Source: Leptospiria bacterium (GTDB taxonomy: Bacteria; Spirochaetota; Leptospiria; Turneriellales; CBDBES01). Taken from it: 64,000 bases of DNA. The number at the start of each line of letters is the position of its first letter. The stretch's first letter is position 1. Below the pieces are notes generated by a model. It did no database searches and was not told the DNA's origin. It worked only from the letters and a program-made list of their open reading frames with translations. The position numbers were made by a program, and so were the translations under genes. The stretch spans positions 1,228,901 to 1,292,900 of the forward strand of contig CBDHCY010000005.1 in NCBI GenBank assembly GCA_965261485.1. The letters run 5' to 3'. Below, in pieces: positions 39,700-49,831 of this stretch.

Positions 39700-42303
39700 C
39701 TATCTTTGCCCGGGGAGTAGGGCACCGTATGACGCACACATCGCCCAATCAGTGACACCATTCGTTCTAATTGTAGGAATACACAACTTAACCGCGGGTA
39801 ATTGCGTGTTGCTGCCTAGGTCCCAAGCTTTTATGTTATCAGCAGCACTAGGTGAGAGACCACCGTCGGGATCGGTGTTACTTATGGCTTGTAGTTGAAC
39901 TAGCGTAAGACCCGTCGTACCTGCTACCTCCACAGTACCTGATTCACCCACCAAAGCAGCTGAGTTGCTACTCTCAACATTACCCTGCGCCCGTTTTGGG
40001 TTTTGATCAGTGTCGCCAATACTTTGAGGTGCATCGGTGTTCCAGTAAGACCTCATGATCGTCAAAGAAATAGAAGAACCCACCAGACCACCTGAAGAAG
40101 AAGAAGAAGAAGAAGAAGAAGAAGAAGCAAATACACCACCCAATCCACTAAAATAACTATTTATTATCGTCAAAGCAGCTTCAGAAGAACCCACCAGACC
40201 GCCTGAATAAGAAAGAGAAGAAGCAGAAGAAGAGGAGGAGGAGGAAGAAACCCCAGCAGAACCACTAAAATAACTATTAATTATTTTGAGAGTACTAGTA
40301 GAATAACCCACCAGACCACCTGAATAAGAAGAAGAACCAGAAGAGAAGGAAGAAACCCCAGCAGAACCACTAAAATAACTATTAACTATTGTCAAAGAAA
40401 TAGAAGAACCCACCAAACCACCTGAAGAAGAAGAAGAACCAGAAGAAGAAGAGATTCCACCAGAACCACTAAAATAACTATTAGTTATTGTCAAAGTACT
40501 AGTAGAAGAACCCACCAGACCACCTGAACGAGAAAAAGAAGGGGAAAAAGAAGATACACCACCCAATCCACTAAAATAACTATTAACTATCGTCAAAGAA
40601 CTATCAGAAAACCCCACCAGACCGCCTGAGGTAGAAGAAGAGGAAGAAGAAGAAGAAGAAGAGGAAGAAGAGACTCCACCAGAACCACTAAAATAACTAT
40701 TAGTTATTGTCAAAGCACCTTCAGGAGAACCCACCAGACCACCTGAATAAGAAAAAGAAAAAGAAGAAGAAGTAGAAGAAGAGACTCCACCAGAACCACT
40801 AAAATAACTATTAGTTATTGTCAAAGCACCTTCAGAAGAACCCACCAGACCACCTGAATAAGAAAAAGAAGAAGAAAAAGAAGAAGAAGAAGAAGAAGAG
40901 ACTCCACCAGAACCACTAAAATAACACTTAATTATCGTCAAAGCACTAGCAGAATAACCCACCAGACCACCTGAATAAGAAAAAAAAGAAGAAGAAGAAG
41001 CAAATACTGATCCTGAAATGATTCCCACATTGTGAATCTCTACAGACCCTTTGACAAAACCAAATAAACCCGCATAAACATTACTTGTGGAAGAATCAAT
41101 ATTCACCCAAAGATTCGCGATGGTATGATTGTTGCCCTCAAAAATACCCGTAAAGGCATTAGTGTTAGAATCACCAATGGGCACCCAGCTTCTGTCTTTG
41201 GCAGTATCAATCACCTTCACCTTCTCACCTGTATCTGACGTATCGTCATCGGCATTTTTATCAATGCCCTTCGACGTCGTATCGATTTTTCCATTTCTGT
41301 TTGCATCAAGCAAATTCAAAAGATCAATATGGGCTGTTAACTCATAGCCATTGCAAACGTTGTTTGGACAACCATCAACATTACCTCTTGCTTGTTCTGC
41401 TGCCGAGCTTTTATAACTTGCACCTACCAAATCATGACGCATGTTATCGAGCATTTCAGCAGTATATATCTCAATCAAACCATCACCATCATGATCGGCC
41501 TTAGAGCCTCCGCCAGAAATTTCAATACCTGAAGCATAATTAAAACTCGAATCATAAGCAAATAGCTTATAATAATAATGGGTTGAAGCTACTGTAGCCC
41601 CTGCCCCAGAATCTTTAAATGTAGTTGCATTTGAGTTATACACCATGGTTAAGCTACCAATTGAATTAAAATTCGCATAATCTTGCCCTCTTGTTGGAAC
41701 ATATGATATTGAATTTTCACTCCTTAAAATTAAAATTTTATAAAAATTAGCATCGATAGGGTTGCTCCAAGCTAGAGTTATGCCCTCATTATTTAAATTT
41801 AAAAACCTACTATTTATGACATTTTTGGGTGATATGGGTGATATGGGTGATATGGTACCTCCTTCAAACTCAACGCCCGAAGCATAATTAAAGCTACTAT
41901 CATAAGCAAAAATCTTATAAAAATAAGTGACACCTTCTGTAATTTTTATATCTGTAAAAGTTGATATCTCTTCGTGATACATCACTTTTGAGCCACCAAT
42001 CAAATCAACATTTACATAGCTTTTCCCTACCTCAGGAGCATCTGATATTGAGCTTTCACTCCTTAAAATTAAAACCTGAGAAAAATCAACATCGGTAGGG
42101 TTGCTCCAGCTTAACATTATTTTGTTTGAATTACGCCGAAAAACAAAATTCATGATATTGCCTGGTGATATCTCATCTAAGATTATTGGTGATGTATTAT
42201 TTGGTAGATTACTCAGATCATTTTTGACACAAGACGCACCAAAAATAATGCAAACTAAGACTAAACCTCGGGTGATCTTAAACAATGATTTAACTATACT
42301 CAT
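39700..42303 (-). CDS. Surface lipoprotein with two FN3-like domains and 9 GLUG-type repeats (paralog L6)
   Basis: 867 aa. The N-terminal roughly 330 aa are almost identical to L5. It has nine GGLVG modules and poly-Ser runs of up to 11 residues. The C-terminus is ...CASYGALLPGQR. Confidence 0.85.
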   Translation of the reverse strand: MSIVKSLFKITRGLVLVCIIFGASCVKNDLSNLPNNTSPIILDEISPGNIMNFVFRRNSNKIMLSWSNPTDVDFSQVLILRSESSISDAPEVGKSYVNVDLIGGSKVMYHEEISTFTDIKITEGVTYFYKIFAYDSSFNYASGVEFEGGTISPISPISPKNVINSRFLNLNNEGITLAWSNPIDANFYKILILRSENSISYVPTRGQDYANFNSIGSLTMVYNSNATTFKDSGAGATVASTHYYYKLFAYDSSFNYASGIEISGGGSKADHDGDGLIEIYTAEMLDNMRHDLVGASYKSSAAEQARGNVDGCPNNVCNGYELTAHIDLLNLLDANRNGKIDTTSKGIDKNADDDTSDTGEKVKVIDTAKDRSWVPIGDSNTNAFTGIFEGNNHTIANLWVNIDSSTSNVYAGLFGFVKGSVEIHNVGIISGSVFASSSSFFSYSGGLVGYSASALTIIKCYFSGSGGVSSSSSSSFSSSFSYSGGLVGSSEGALTITNSYFSGSGGVSSSTSSSFSFSYSGGLVGSPEGALTITNSYFSGSGGVSSSSSSSSSSSSSTSGGLVGFSDSSLTIVNSYFSGLGGVSSFSPSFSRSGGLVGSSTSTLTITNSYFSGSGGISSSSGSSSSSGGLVGSSISLTIVNSYFSGSAGVSSFSSGSSSYSGGLVGYSTSTLKIINSYFSGSAGVSSSSSSSSASSLSYSGGLVGSSEAALTIINSYFSGLGGVFASSSSSSSSSSSGGLVGSSISLTIMRSYWNTDAPQSIGDTDQNPKRAQGNVESSNSAALVGESGTVEVAGTTGLTLVQLQAISNTDPDGGLSPSAADNIKAWDLGSNTQLPAVKLCIPTIRTNGVTDWAMCASYGALLPGQR

Positions 42304-42827
42304 TCAAACATCTCTATTTATTAGAAAATATACCTCGATTTTTCATGGAAGATATATTTTGTCAAATATAAAAATAATAAAGTTGATCAAAAAGTTTATT
42401 ATTTCATATATAATCAACCTCACTATTGGTGACGAGACCTAAAAAATCGAGCTATACGATATTTTACAGATTTTTAGGTAAATTATTTATCTACAAGTTA
42501 AATTGTAAAACAGCTTCTCCGGTAATTTTATTGAAATAAAAATTTTTAAAAAAATCTTCTAAAAGAGGAGGTGCATACGCTATAAAAGATAAAAAATAGT
42601 GTATCAATTGTTTCTAAAATTAAAGATCTCTTAGTTCTATAAAAAAAATACAAATTTAAGTGCCCGAGCTACACCAAAAAAAGTAAACAAAAAAATAAAA
42701 ATCTACAATAATATCTTGAGAAAAAGTACACACTCATGAACTTAAACCTACAACATAAAAAATTCATATAAAAGATAAAAGATCTTGTCCTTCTACAAAA
42801 ACTTTAATAAGGAAACCATAGATATCT

Positions 42828-45146
42828 ATGAAACATCCCGTGACTGTAATAACATCACAAGATATTCCTATTCTAGGAGTATCTCTAAACAAGAGTGAAT
42901 TTAAATTACCAAAAATAAAACATCAATTTTCTATCCATAAAGAGCAATTAACTAATAAAAAATCCACCATAATTGAGATACAATTTACTAAAGAAGCCTC
43001 CTATAATCAACTTAAACTTGATTTTTATATTAAACATATCAACAATATCAATATATTTTTTTCACATGATAATATATTTTGGTTTCGTATTCCCATTCGA
43101 TCAATCACAAATAAAGAAAATTCTACTACGCTAAGGTTACCTTTAATACGATCTAAATATTTACAGATTGTTATTTCTAATATAGAGATACTCAACTCTT
43201 TATCGGGCTCTATCTCTAAATCTGTGGATATTCATTTTGAAAGTTCTTCCAATAAAGATCGTTTATGGGTGCCTGAAAATCTAATTGATAAAAGAGAAGA
43301 TTATGGTTGGTCTCCCAATACAAAGCAACAATCTCAAGATGAATTTGTAATGCTTGATCTGGGAGATACTTATTACATTCATGATATTAGCCTAAGGGCA
43401 ACAAAAGCAGGTTTAACCAATTTTCCTAAAAATTTTTTAATCGAATTATCTAAAGATAAAAATAATTGGGATACGGTGGTCAGGGAAGGAAATTTTTCAG
43501 CTGCTCCACTATCTTGGTATCGATGGTCTGATCTTTTATGCCACGTTAGATATATAAAAATTAAGATCATCGAAATTAATATCAAGAAACAACCATTTTA
43601 TGAAATTTTAAAACTAGATATCTTTGCAATACCTGACAATGAGATAACTGAATGGGGAAAAAATTCTAATCATCAATGTGAAGCAAGTGAAATAAGACCT
43701 GGGCCTGTTCGTTTTGCAGAACTCAATAGTGTCCACCCCCTCCGTGCTGTTCAAGCTAACGACCCTCGATTAAAACATGGAACTACGACACGCCCAGGAA
43801 TTTTTAGAATTGCTAAAGATAACGAAAGTACCCCCATGATCGCTTTACAATCAAATGATTCAAGAATTACTTCCGCCACAGAGCAAAAAGAAGGCATCAT
43901 TCGTCTTGCGAAAGATAAAGAATCAATTCAGGGTGCCGCTCTTCAGTCAAATGATTCCAGGTTGAGAATCTCTAGCACTAAATTTCCAGGTATTATACAA
44001 CTCGCTGAAAATAAATCAGTGAGCCCTGGATATGCTGTACAATCCAATGATGATAGACTACGGTTTGCTTCAACGACTTGGCCTGGTATTATTCAATTAG
44101 CGAAACACGGAGAAATACATCAAGATAAGGTAGTTTTATCGGATGACCCGCGTTTGTTAGAAGCAAATGAAGAGACAAAAGGTCGAGTCAGATTCGCCAG
44201 AGATAAAGGAAAGGAGCCATTTACAGCTGTTCAAGGGGATGACTCTAGATTAACTTTATGTACGGATAAAAGAGTAGGTTTGGTCAAATTTGCGAATCTT
44301 AATCAAAAAAAAGAATTTTTAGCCGTTCAAAGTAATGATCCTAGGCTAGAAAATGCAAGAGCCTCCCTACCTCATCAACATGATTATGCATCCAAAAATC
44401 ATATTTTAAATTCTCATGAAGGAGCCCTTAATTTAACGATAACTAAAAAAATTAAAAATAATTTTAAATATAATTTAATTGATTTACAAAGCTTTCCTTT
44501 ATCTGTCCAAAATAAAGAAGGTATGAGTGCTGCTTTTCAAGGTGGAGTTGTGATTGAAGGCAATGAAGAGCCTGCACTTCATACATTTTCAAAAACAAAT
44601 GTAGCCTTAAAAGCAAAATCAAAAAATAAACCAGCTGGTATTTTCTTTTCTGAAAAAGATTTTAGCCTTCATTTGCCCGCAAAACTTGATGAATTAATGG
44701 GTTCATCTAAATCAATTTTAGCTGAGGGAGATGCTGTATTTCGTCAAAATATCTCTTTCGAAAACGGACTTTTTATCGCAATCTCTTGGTCTATTTTTTC
44801 TGACGAACTTTTTGTTGATGGTGACCTCTTAACAATACAAGATAACTTAATCTGTAAGCTAAAGAGCAACCATCAACCATTTATTGGTGTTTTTATTAAA
44901 GAACCTCCATTCTATTTGTCCCAGACTGCAGAGCAAGAAAGTGTTGTAAAAATTGCTATTTTAGGAGTGATAAATATTCGAGTTAAAGGTAAGATTAACT
45001 CAGGAGATTGGATCGGTTACCTTGATGACGAACCTGGTATCGCACGGCAAATCAATCCAGTGCAAAAACAACATGGTTTTGCTGTTGCAATGGAATCGTC
45101 TGGTAAGGAAACAGAAAAGTTAATTCCTTGTTTACTTAAACGTTAA
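42828..45146 (+). CDS. F5/8 type C (discoidin) domain protein with seven 32-aa tail-fibre-like repeats
   Basis: 772 aa. Discoidin-like segment (WSPNTKQQSQDEFVMLDLGDTYYIHDISLRA...FPKNFLIELSKDKNNWDTV). Then 7 x 32 aa of G[IV]xR[LF]A...A[VL]QSND[SP]RL (about 43690-44390). Confidence 0.7.
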   Translation: MKHPVTVITSQDIPILGVSLNKSEFKLPKIKHQFSIHKEQLTNKKSTIIEIQFTKEASYNQLKLDFYIKHINNINIFFSHDNIFWFRIPIRSITNKENSTTLRLPLIRSKYLQIVISNIEILNSLSGSISKSVDIHFESSSNKDRLWVPENLIDKREDYGWSPNTKQQSQDEFVMLDLGDTYYIHDISLRATKAGLTNFPKNFLIELSKDKNNWDTVVREGNFSAAPLSWYRWSDLLCHVRYIKIKIIEINIKKQPFYEILKLDIFAIPDNEITEWGKNSNHQCEASEIRPGPVRFAELNSVHPLRAVQANDPRLKHGTTTRPGIFRIAKDNESTPMIALQSNDSRITSATEQKEGIIRLAKDKESIQGAALQSNDSRLRISSTKFPGIIQLAENKSVSPGYAVQSNDDRLRFASTTWPGIIQLAKHGEIHQDKVVLSDDPRLLEANEETKGRVRFARDKGKEPFTAVQGDDSRLTLCTDKRVGLVKFANLNQKKEFLAVQSNDPRLENARASLPHQHDYASKNHILNSHEGALNLTITKKIKNNFKYNLIDLQSFPLSVQNKEGMSAAFQGGVVIEGNEEPALHTFSKTNVALKAKSKNKPAGIFFSEKDFSLHLPAKLDELMGSSKSILAEGDAVFRQNISFENGLFIAISWSIFSDELFVDGDLLTIQDNLICKLKSNHQPFIGVFIKEPPFYLSQTAEQESVVKIAILGVINIRVKGKINSGDWIGYLDDEPGIARQINPVQKQHGFAVAMESSGKETEKLIPCLLKR

Positions 45147-45189
45147 TCAAGCCTGTCAAAATAATTTTAATAGACTGATGTTACGTCTC

Positions 45190-45900
45190 TTATTGATACA
45201 ACCAACCAAAATAAAATAAATATCCTCCAATAAAAAAGGCTATGATAATTTTAATTAAATAAGGAGATCTCTTCCTAATTAACCAATCACAGTATCCTGT
45301 AAATATAGCCGTACTGGCAGTAAAAACACCACTTGACAAATAATTAAAATTTTGATAGTATACACTTATACCAATTATCGTAATAATTAAAGAATCAAAA
45401 AAATCTAAGATTTGTGGACGTCTAAAAATTATTTTAAAATAATTTTTAAATGTTTTAAATCCCTTGCGAAAAATTTGAAGTAGAATATCTGAATCAGTTT
45501 TATTATTGTTATGACTAATATCTTTTTGATTAAAAGTGCGAACCAACACACCATAATTATTACCGATAATTTTAAGTAAGCCATTATCAGGGAGTGAACT
45601 AATTTCTTGATGGTAGGAGGCAAAAAAATGTTCAAGATATTTACTCCTATTTATATTTACATCTCTTTCATCAATTACTATACCATTACTAATAACACTC
45701 TCATTACAATCACCAGTTGGATTTGTTATTTTAATTTTAATTTTACCTTTAAAAGAATTTCCCTTTATTTCAATAAAATGATTTTTACCTAATGCCAATC
45801 GATATTGATCGGGTAATTCAATACCAAAAAATTGATTGTGCTTCCACTTAACTTCCATCATCATCATAGATCGGTTAAGCTTCGGCTTTAGCTGAGTCAT
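45190..45900 (-). CDS. Hypothetical membrane protein
   Basis: 236-aa ORF with a soluble N-terminal part and C-terminal hydrophobic helices (LIITIIGISVYY, IIIAFFIGGYLFYFGWLY). No recognisable motif. Confidence 0.5.
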   Translation of the reverse strand: MTQLKPKLNRSMMMMEVKWKHNQFFGIELPDQYRLALGKNHFIEIKGNSFKGKIKIKITNPTGDCNESVISNGIVIDERDVNINRSKYLEHFFASYHQEISSLPDNGLLKIIGNNYGVLVRTFNQKDISHNNNKTDSDILLQIFRKGFKTFKNYFKIIFRRPQILDFFDSLIITIIGISVYYQNFNYLSSGVFTASTAIFTGYCDWLIRKRSPYLIKIIIAFFIGGYLFYFGWLYQ

Positions 45901-45910
45901 TTTGAACCTC

Positions 45911-47353
45911 TCAAGAACACCGAAACAAAATAAATTGATTCATTTGATCAACAACACGACACTCTTTAGGTAGATTACCTAAATATGAAAATCCAAATTT
46001 ATTTTTTTGAGAACCTTGCCTTTCTCCAAAACAAACTCCAAGTTGAGGAAACCTCTCTAGCGGAGAACGAAAGAGATAACCTTGGTCCCATGGAAAATCA
46101 GGATTTTGATAAATAAGCTTACGACATTCTTCATAGGTAGTATCTTTTCTCCAAGGTTGGACATAATTTTTCAAATCCATACCAAATCGTTCAAAAAGTG
46201 GAATTATAAAGCCTATCAAAAGTAAAAGACGAAATAATTTAAGGTGAGTATGCTTCCATGCAGCAAAATAGAGCAAACAACAGAAAGGAGTTGCTCCAAT
46301 AAAATAATACATATGAGAATATCCTTGTTTTCCTGCTAATAAAGCGACAAAAAGGAATTGAAGCACTATCATAAACCAAATCCAATGAATACGATATCGT
46401 TTCACTTTTATAGTTTTGGCAATGAGAATACTAAAAATAATAAAAAAACCACCAAAAAAAAAGAGAACCTGCCCAAAAAGTTTAACTATATATATATAGT
46501 TCTCTGAGAGTTCTACCAAAGCTTGAGATAGTGGAATTGTTTTTAAGTAAAATGTATCAGGGACATCCTGAAATTTTTCAATCCATTTTTTTATTTGTAT
46601 GAAATAGAATAAAGAGAGTGATGAAGAAATACTCACTACAATAAAAGGAATAAATAAAGGTCTAAATTGGTCAAAATTTATTATCTTAGTTTTTCTTTGA
46701 AATAACCAAGAATTTCCTATTAAAAGAGCAAAAATAATAATCGATGTAGGTTTAAGTAAAAGTCCTAAAGAACAAAATAAAAGGCTTAACCATATATTTT
46801 TTTTTGTTGGAGTATCTTTCCATATCAAGGCGATTCCCATACACACCAAAAGTAAAGAGAGATAATCTGGCATAAATTTACAAGACCAAGTAAGACCAAC
46901 TGAAAATAGAGGTAAAAGTAAAAAGGCAGGATATGCTTGAAGCCCGAAGATCTTTTTACCTTTCCAAATTTTAGCATTAATAATCGTTAAGGCCAAAGTG
47001 AGGAGATATAAAAAAGAAGAGGCCAAACCTCTACCAATTTCATGACCAAACACAAAGAAAGGAGCTGTCAAAATATTGAGAAGGGGGAATTCCATGGGGA
47101 CAATACCAAAAAAATCACCTGAATTTAAAATAGCCGGTAAAATATATTTTTCTAAAAATCCAAAGTTCTGGGGAAAACTTTCTAACGACCACCTACTCCA
47201 ATAACGAAGACTAATTCCCATCGTATCATATTGTCTCCAAACCTCAGGAAGCACAAAAGGGAGAAAAGATCGAATTACAAGAATAAGGTATTTTAGACCT
47301 AAACTTAGATAAATCCAATGAAGAATATTTTTTTTATTGAATTTTATTATCAA
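45911..47353 (-). CDS. Polytopic membrane protein, possibly an ArnT/PMT-like (GT-C) glycosyltransferase
   Basis: 480 aa with more than 10 predicted hydrophobic helices and a soluble C-terminal domain. The layout resembles GT39/GT83 enzymes, but no catalytic motif was verified. Confidence 0.45.
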   Translation of the reverse strand: MIIKFNKKNILHWIYLSLGLKYLILVIRSFLPFVLPEVWRQYDTMGISLRYWSRWSLESFPQNFGFLEKYILPAILNSGDFFGIVPMEFPLLNILTAPFFVFGHEIGRGLASSFLYLLTLALTIINAKIWKGKKIFGLQAYPAFLLLPLFSVGLTWSCKFMPDYLSLLLVCMGIALIWKDTPTKKNIWLSLLFCSLGLLLKPTSIIIFALLIGNSWLFQRKTKIINFDQFRPLFIPFIVVSISSSLSLFYFIQIKKWIEKFQDVPDTFYLKTIPLSQALVELSENYIYIVKLFGQVLFFFGGFFIIFSILIAKTIKVKRYRIHWIWFMIVLQFLFVALLAGKQGYSHMYYFIGATPFCCLLYFAAWKHTHLKLFRLLLLIGFIIPLFERFGMDLKNYVQPWRKDTTYEECRKLIYQNPDFPWDQGYLFRSPLERFPQLGVCFGERQGSQKNKFGFSYLGNLPKECRVVDQMNQFILFRCS

Positions 47354-47398
47354 AAGGTTAGTTCTATTTTTTTATTGTAAAATGGAAGTACAAAAAAA

Positions 47399-48091
47399 TT
47401 ACTGCACAGGTCTCATGCTCATCATATCAGCACCAAAGAGCTTTTGGAAGGCTTCGCTCATAATACGAATCAACTCAGACCTTGATATTTTTAAAGATGT
47501 TAAAATAATGAAATCACTGTGCCTTCTTTTTTTTCGATAGTCAGGTTGCTTAGATGGCATTTTCAGATAATAAGCAATTTTATATCGATGATTTGTTTGA
47601 TACAAAAAGGTTCCATGATGCATTAAATATCCTTTTTTACGCACCTGGCTATTACCTGATATTTTACGATGGGTGCCCTTTTGCATTACACATAAGTCAG
47701 AAAGACCATTCCTCTCAAGAATAAAACCTTTATTATAAAACATATTACATAAAGAGTCTAAAATTAATTGATACGAATCGTGGATTGAAAAAAACTTGGG
47801 AAACTTTTTCAAAGAAAATATTAAAGAATAATTTAAGTTTCCAGAAAAGTGAACAACACTCCCCCCTCCGCTCATCCTCCGTAAAATAGGGATATCTTGT
47901 TTATGTAAAAATATTTCTTCGCTAAATTTTAAAGATTTACCCAAAATAATTGATGGTAAATTTTCATAAAAAAGTAAGTGTACAATATTTAAATCCTTTT
48001 CTTCTCTATCGCATGTTAATATAGATTCTTCCGTTAAAAAATTTTTCCACGGATTTTTTGTCGGCAACAAAGATATTTGTAACTTTATCAT
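47399..48091 (-). CDS. Lipoate/octanoate-protein ligase family protein (BPL/LPL catalytic domain)
   Basis: 230 aa. RRMSGGGSVVHFSGNLNYSLIF matches the RRxSGGGAVyHDxGNLnfS motif of LplA/LipM-type enzymes, and a KISGNSQ lysine motif is present. Confidence 0.7.
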   Translation of the reverse strand: MIKLQISLLPTKNPWKNFLTEESILTCDREEKDLNIVHLLFYENLPSIILGKSLKFSEEIFLHKQDIPILRRMSGGGSVVHFSGNLNYSLIFSLKKFPKFFSIHDSYQLILDSLCNMFYNKGFILERNGLSDLCVMQKGTHRKISGNSQVRKKGYLMHHGTFLYQTNHRYKIAYYLKMPSKQPDYRKKRRHSDFIILTSLKISRSELIRIMSEAFQKLFGADMMSMRPVQ

Positions 48092-48217
48092 TTATTCTTC
48101 GCCCACAGTTATTTTTATTTGTTGCATTTAAAATACAAAAGTATTTAAGATAGTCATATTTTATTTTTAAAAAATAAAATATATTTGCATTCTTAAAGCT
48201 TCTTCCGTATTCGGACT

Positions 48218-49480
48218 TTGATGCTCCAATATCTCCTACTATATTTAAGTATTTTCTTCTTTCTAGATTGTGGGCTCAATGGTCAAGTTTTAGCTAGTTA
48301 CTCAGATAACAAGGTTAAAAGAAAACAAATGAGAGAAATTATCAAATGGTATAATCTCGAAGATAGTATGAAAGATGTAAAATCACAAAAAATTTTGATA
48401 AAGCAAATTGTAATTACTGAAATATTATCAAAAAAAGCCAAAGAGCTAGATTTTGATAAATCAGAGACCATACGTGCCTACGAACAAATAATAAAACAAA
48501 AAACTTTGGCCAGAATATTGCTTTCCCGATGGAAAGAAAATGAAGAAAAAAAACCTGAAACATTATATCAAACTGAATCTATTGTTCTCACCAAAGGACA
48601 AAATAAGAAATCACAGTTATTAATAAAAGGAGAAGAGCAAAAACAACAAGCACTCATGCGAAAGATTAGAGAAAAAATAATTAATAAAAAGCTTAATTTT
48701 GGAGACGTACCTAATTACGCGAATAAATACAATAAAATAATAAAGTATTTCAATCTAGAATATTTACCTGCTAACGCTATGGAAAAATCTTATTACACAA
48801 TTGTGAAAAAATTAATTACAACAAAAGAGTATATATCTCAACCAATCTCCACACCCTATGGTTGGCAATTAATACGCCTAAATGATACAGTGACAGTAAC
48901 AAAAAATAAGTTTGATGAATACTTTGATCATGAAAACTTAAATAAAATGTCCCATACAGGAAGACTTTACTGGAATCGCACCCTAAATTTTCGTAATATC
49001 AATTGGAAAAAATATTTATTTGAAAAATATGACATTAAATTAGAAAAATTGCCTAAATTACCCGACCATTGGCGAACCCAAACGACACTTTTTAAAAATA
49101 AAAAGCTTAAAATACAAACTGCAGACTTTGATTTATTTTGTAAACTAAACCTTGGGGGTATAAGTTCCACTCATAATCAATTTTGGAGCAACAAACGTGA
49201 AAAAGAAGCTGATAAGTTATTGAAAACTTTTTTTGAACTAATTATTTTTTCAAATGAAGCGATGAATCAAAAATTAAATCAAAATAATGAATTTAAAAGA
49301 TTAAAAGACTGGGAAGAAAAAAATTTATTGGTGAGGGAATATCTTCAAAAGATTTGGCTGGTTCAGAGAAATTCTAAAGATGAAAAAAGGAATAATAAAC
49401 GAGAAGAAAAAGAAAAAATGATTTTAAAAGAGTATAATTTTAAAATCATGGACGCTAACTTTAGAAATAATCTTATTTGA
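48218..49480 (+). CDS. Putative SurA/PpiD-like peptidyl-prolyl isomerase (parvulin-type) or chaperone
   Basis: 420 aa with a signal-like N-terminus ending ...FFFLDCG (possible lipobox). A parvulin-like segment ISQPISTPYGWQLIRLND is present. The assignment is weak. Confidence 0.4.
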   Translation: MMLQYLLLYLSIFFFLDCGLNGQVLASYSDNKVKRKQMREIIKWYNLEDSMKDVKSQKILIKQIVITEILSKKAKELDFDKSETIRAYEQIIKQKTLARILLSRWKENEEKKPETLYQTESIVLTKGQNKKSQLLIKGEEQKQQALMRKIREKIINKKLNFGDVPNYANKYNKIIKYFNLEYLPANAMEKSYYTIVKKLITTKEYISQPISTPYGWQLIRLNDTVTVTKNKFDEYFDHENLNKMSHTGRLYWNRTLNFRNINWKKYLFEKYDIKLEKLPKLPDHWRTQTTLFKNKKLKIQTADFDLFCKLNLGGISSTHNQFWSNKREKEADKLLKTFFELIIFSNEAMNQKLNQNNEFKRLKDWEEKNLLVREYLQKIWLVQRNSKDEKRNNKREEKEKMILKEYNFKIMDANFRNNLI

Positions 49481-49818
49481 ATACGATGCCAAATAATACA
49501 AACTTACAAAAAGAAATCACTCTAATCTCTTCAGATATCGAATTCTCAGGTGACTTACAGTTTGATCGAGAATTAGAGATTAAGGGTTCCTTTGAAGGAA
49601 AAATAGAAACAAAAGGTTCCATTACTATTCATTCTAATTCTGTAGTTAGAGCTGATATCAATGTAGGTTCAATTTATATAGCGGGTAAATTACAAGGTAC
49701 AATTAAAGATGCAAAATTTGTTCATGCCAAACAAAATGCACAAATTAAAGCAGACATTCGTTGTAAAGAAATACAAATTGATAGAAAGGCACATATAAAT
49801 GGTATAATATTAATGTGA
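49477..49818 (+). CDS. Bactofilin-family cytoskeletal protein
   Basis: 113 aa with beta-helical bactofilin repeats (GDLQFDRELEIKGSFEGKIETKGSITIHSNSVVRADINVGSIYIAGKLQGTI). The likely real start is the ATG at 49486. Confidence 0.8.
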   Translation: MNTMPNNTNLQKEITLISSDIEFSGDLQFDRELEIKGSFEGKIETKGSITIHSNSVVRADINVGSIYIAGKLQGTIKDAKFVHAKQNAQIKADIRCKEIQIDRKAHINGIILM

Positions 49819-49831
49819 TGGTTCCCAATAG

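Noticed and set aside
42443-42827. Strong Shine-Dalgarno-like agaggagg (about 42566-42573) in the long spacer before the discoidin-domain gene
   Set aside because: No start codon with an open frame follows at a suitable distance on either strand. It is probably fortuitous.
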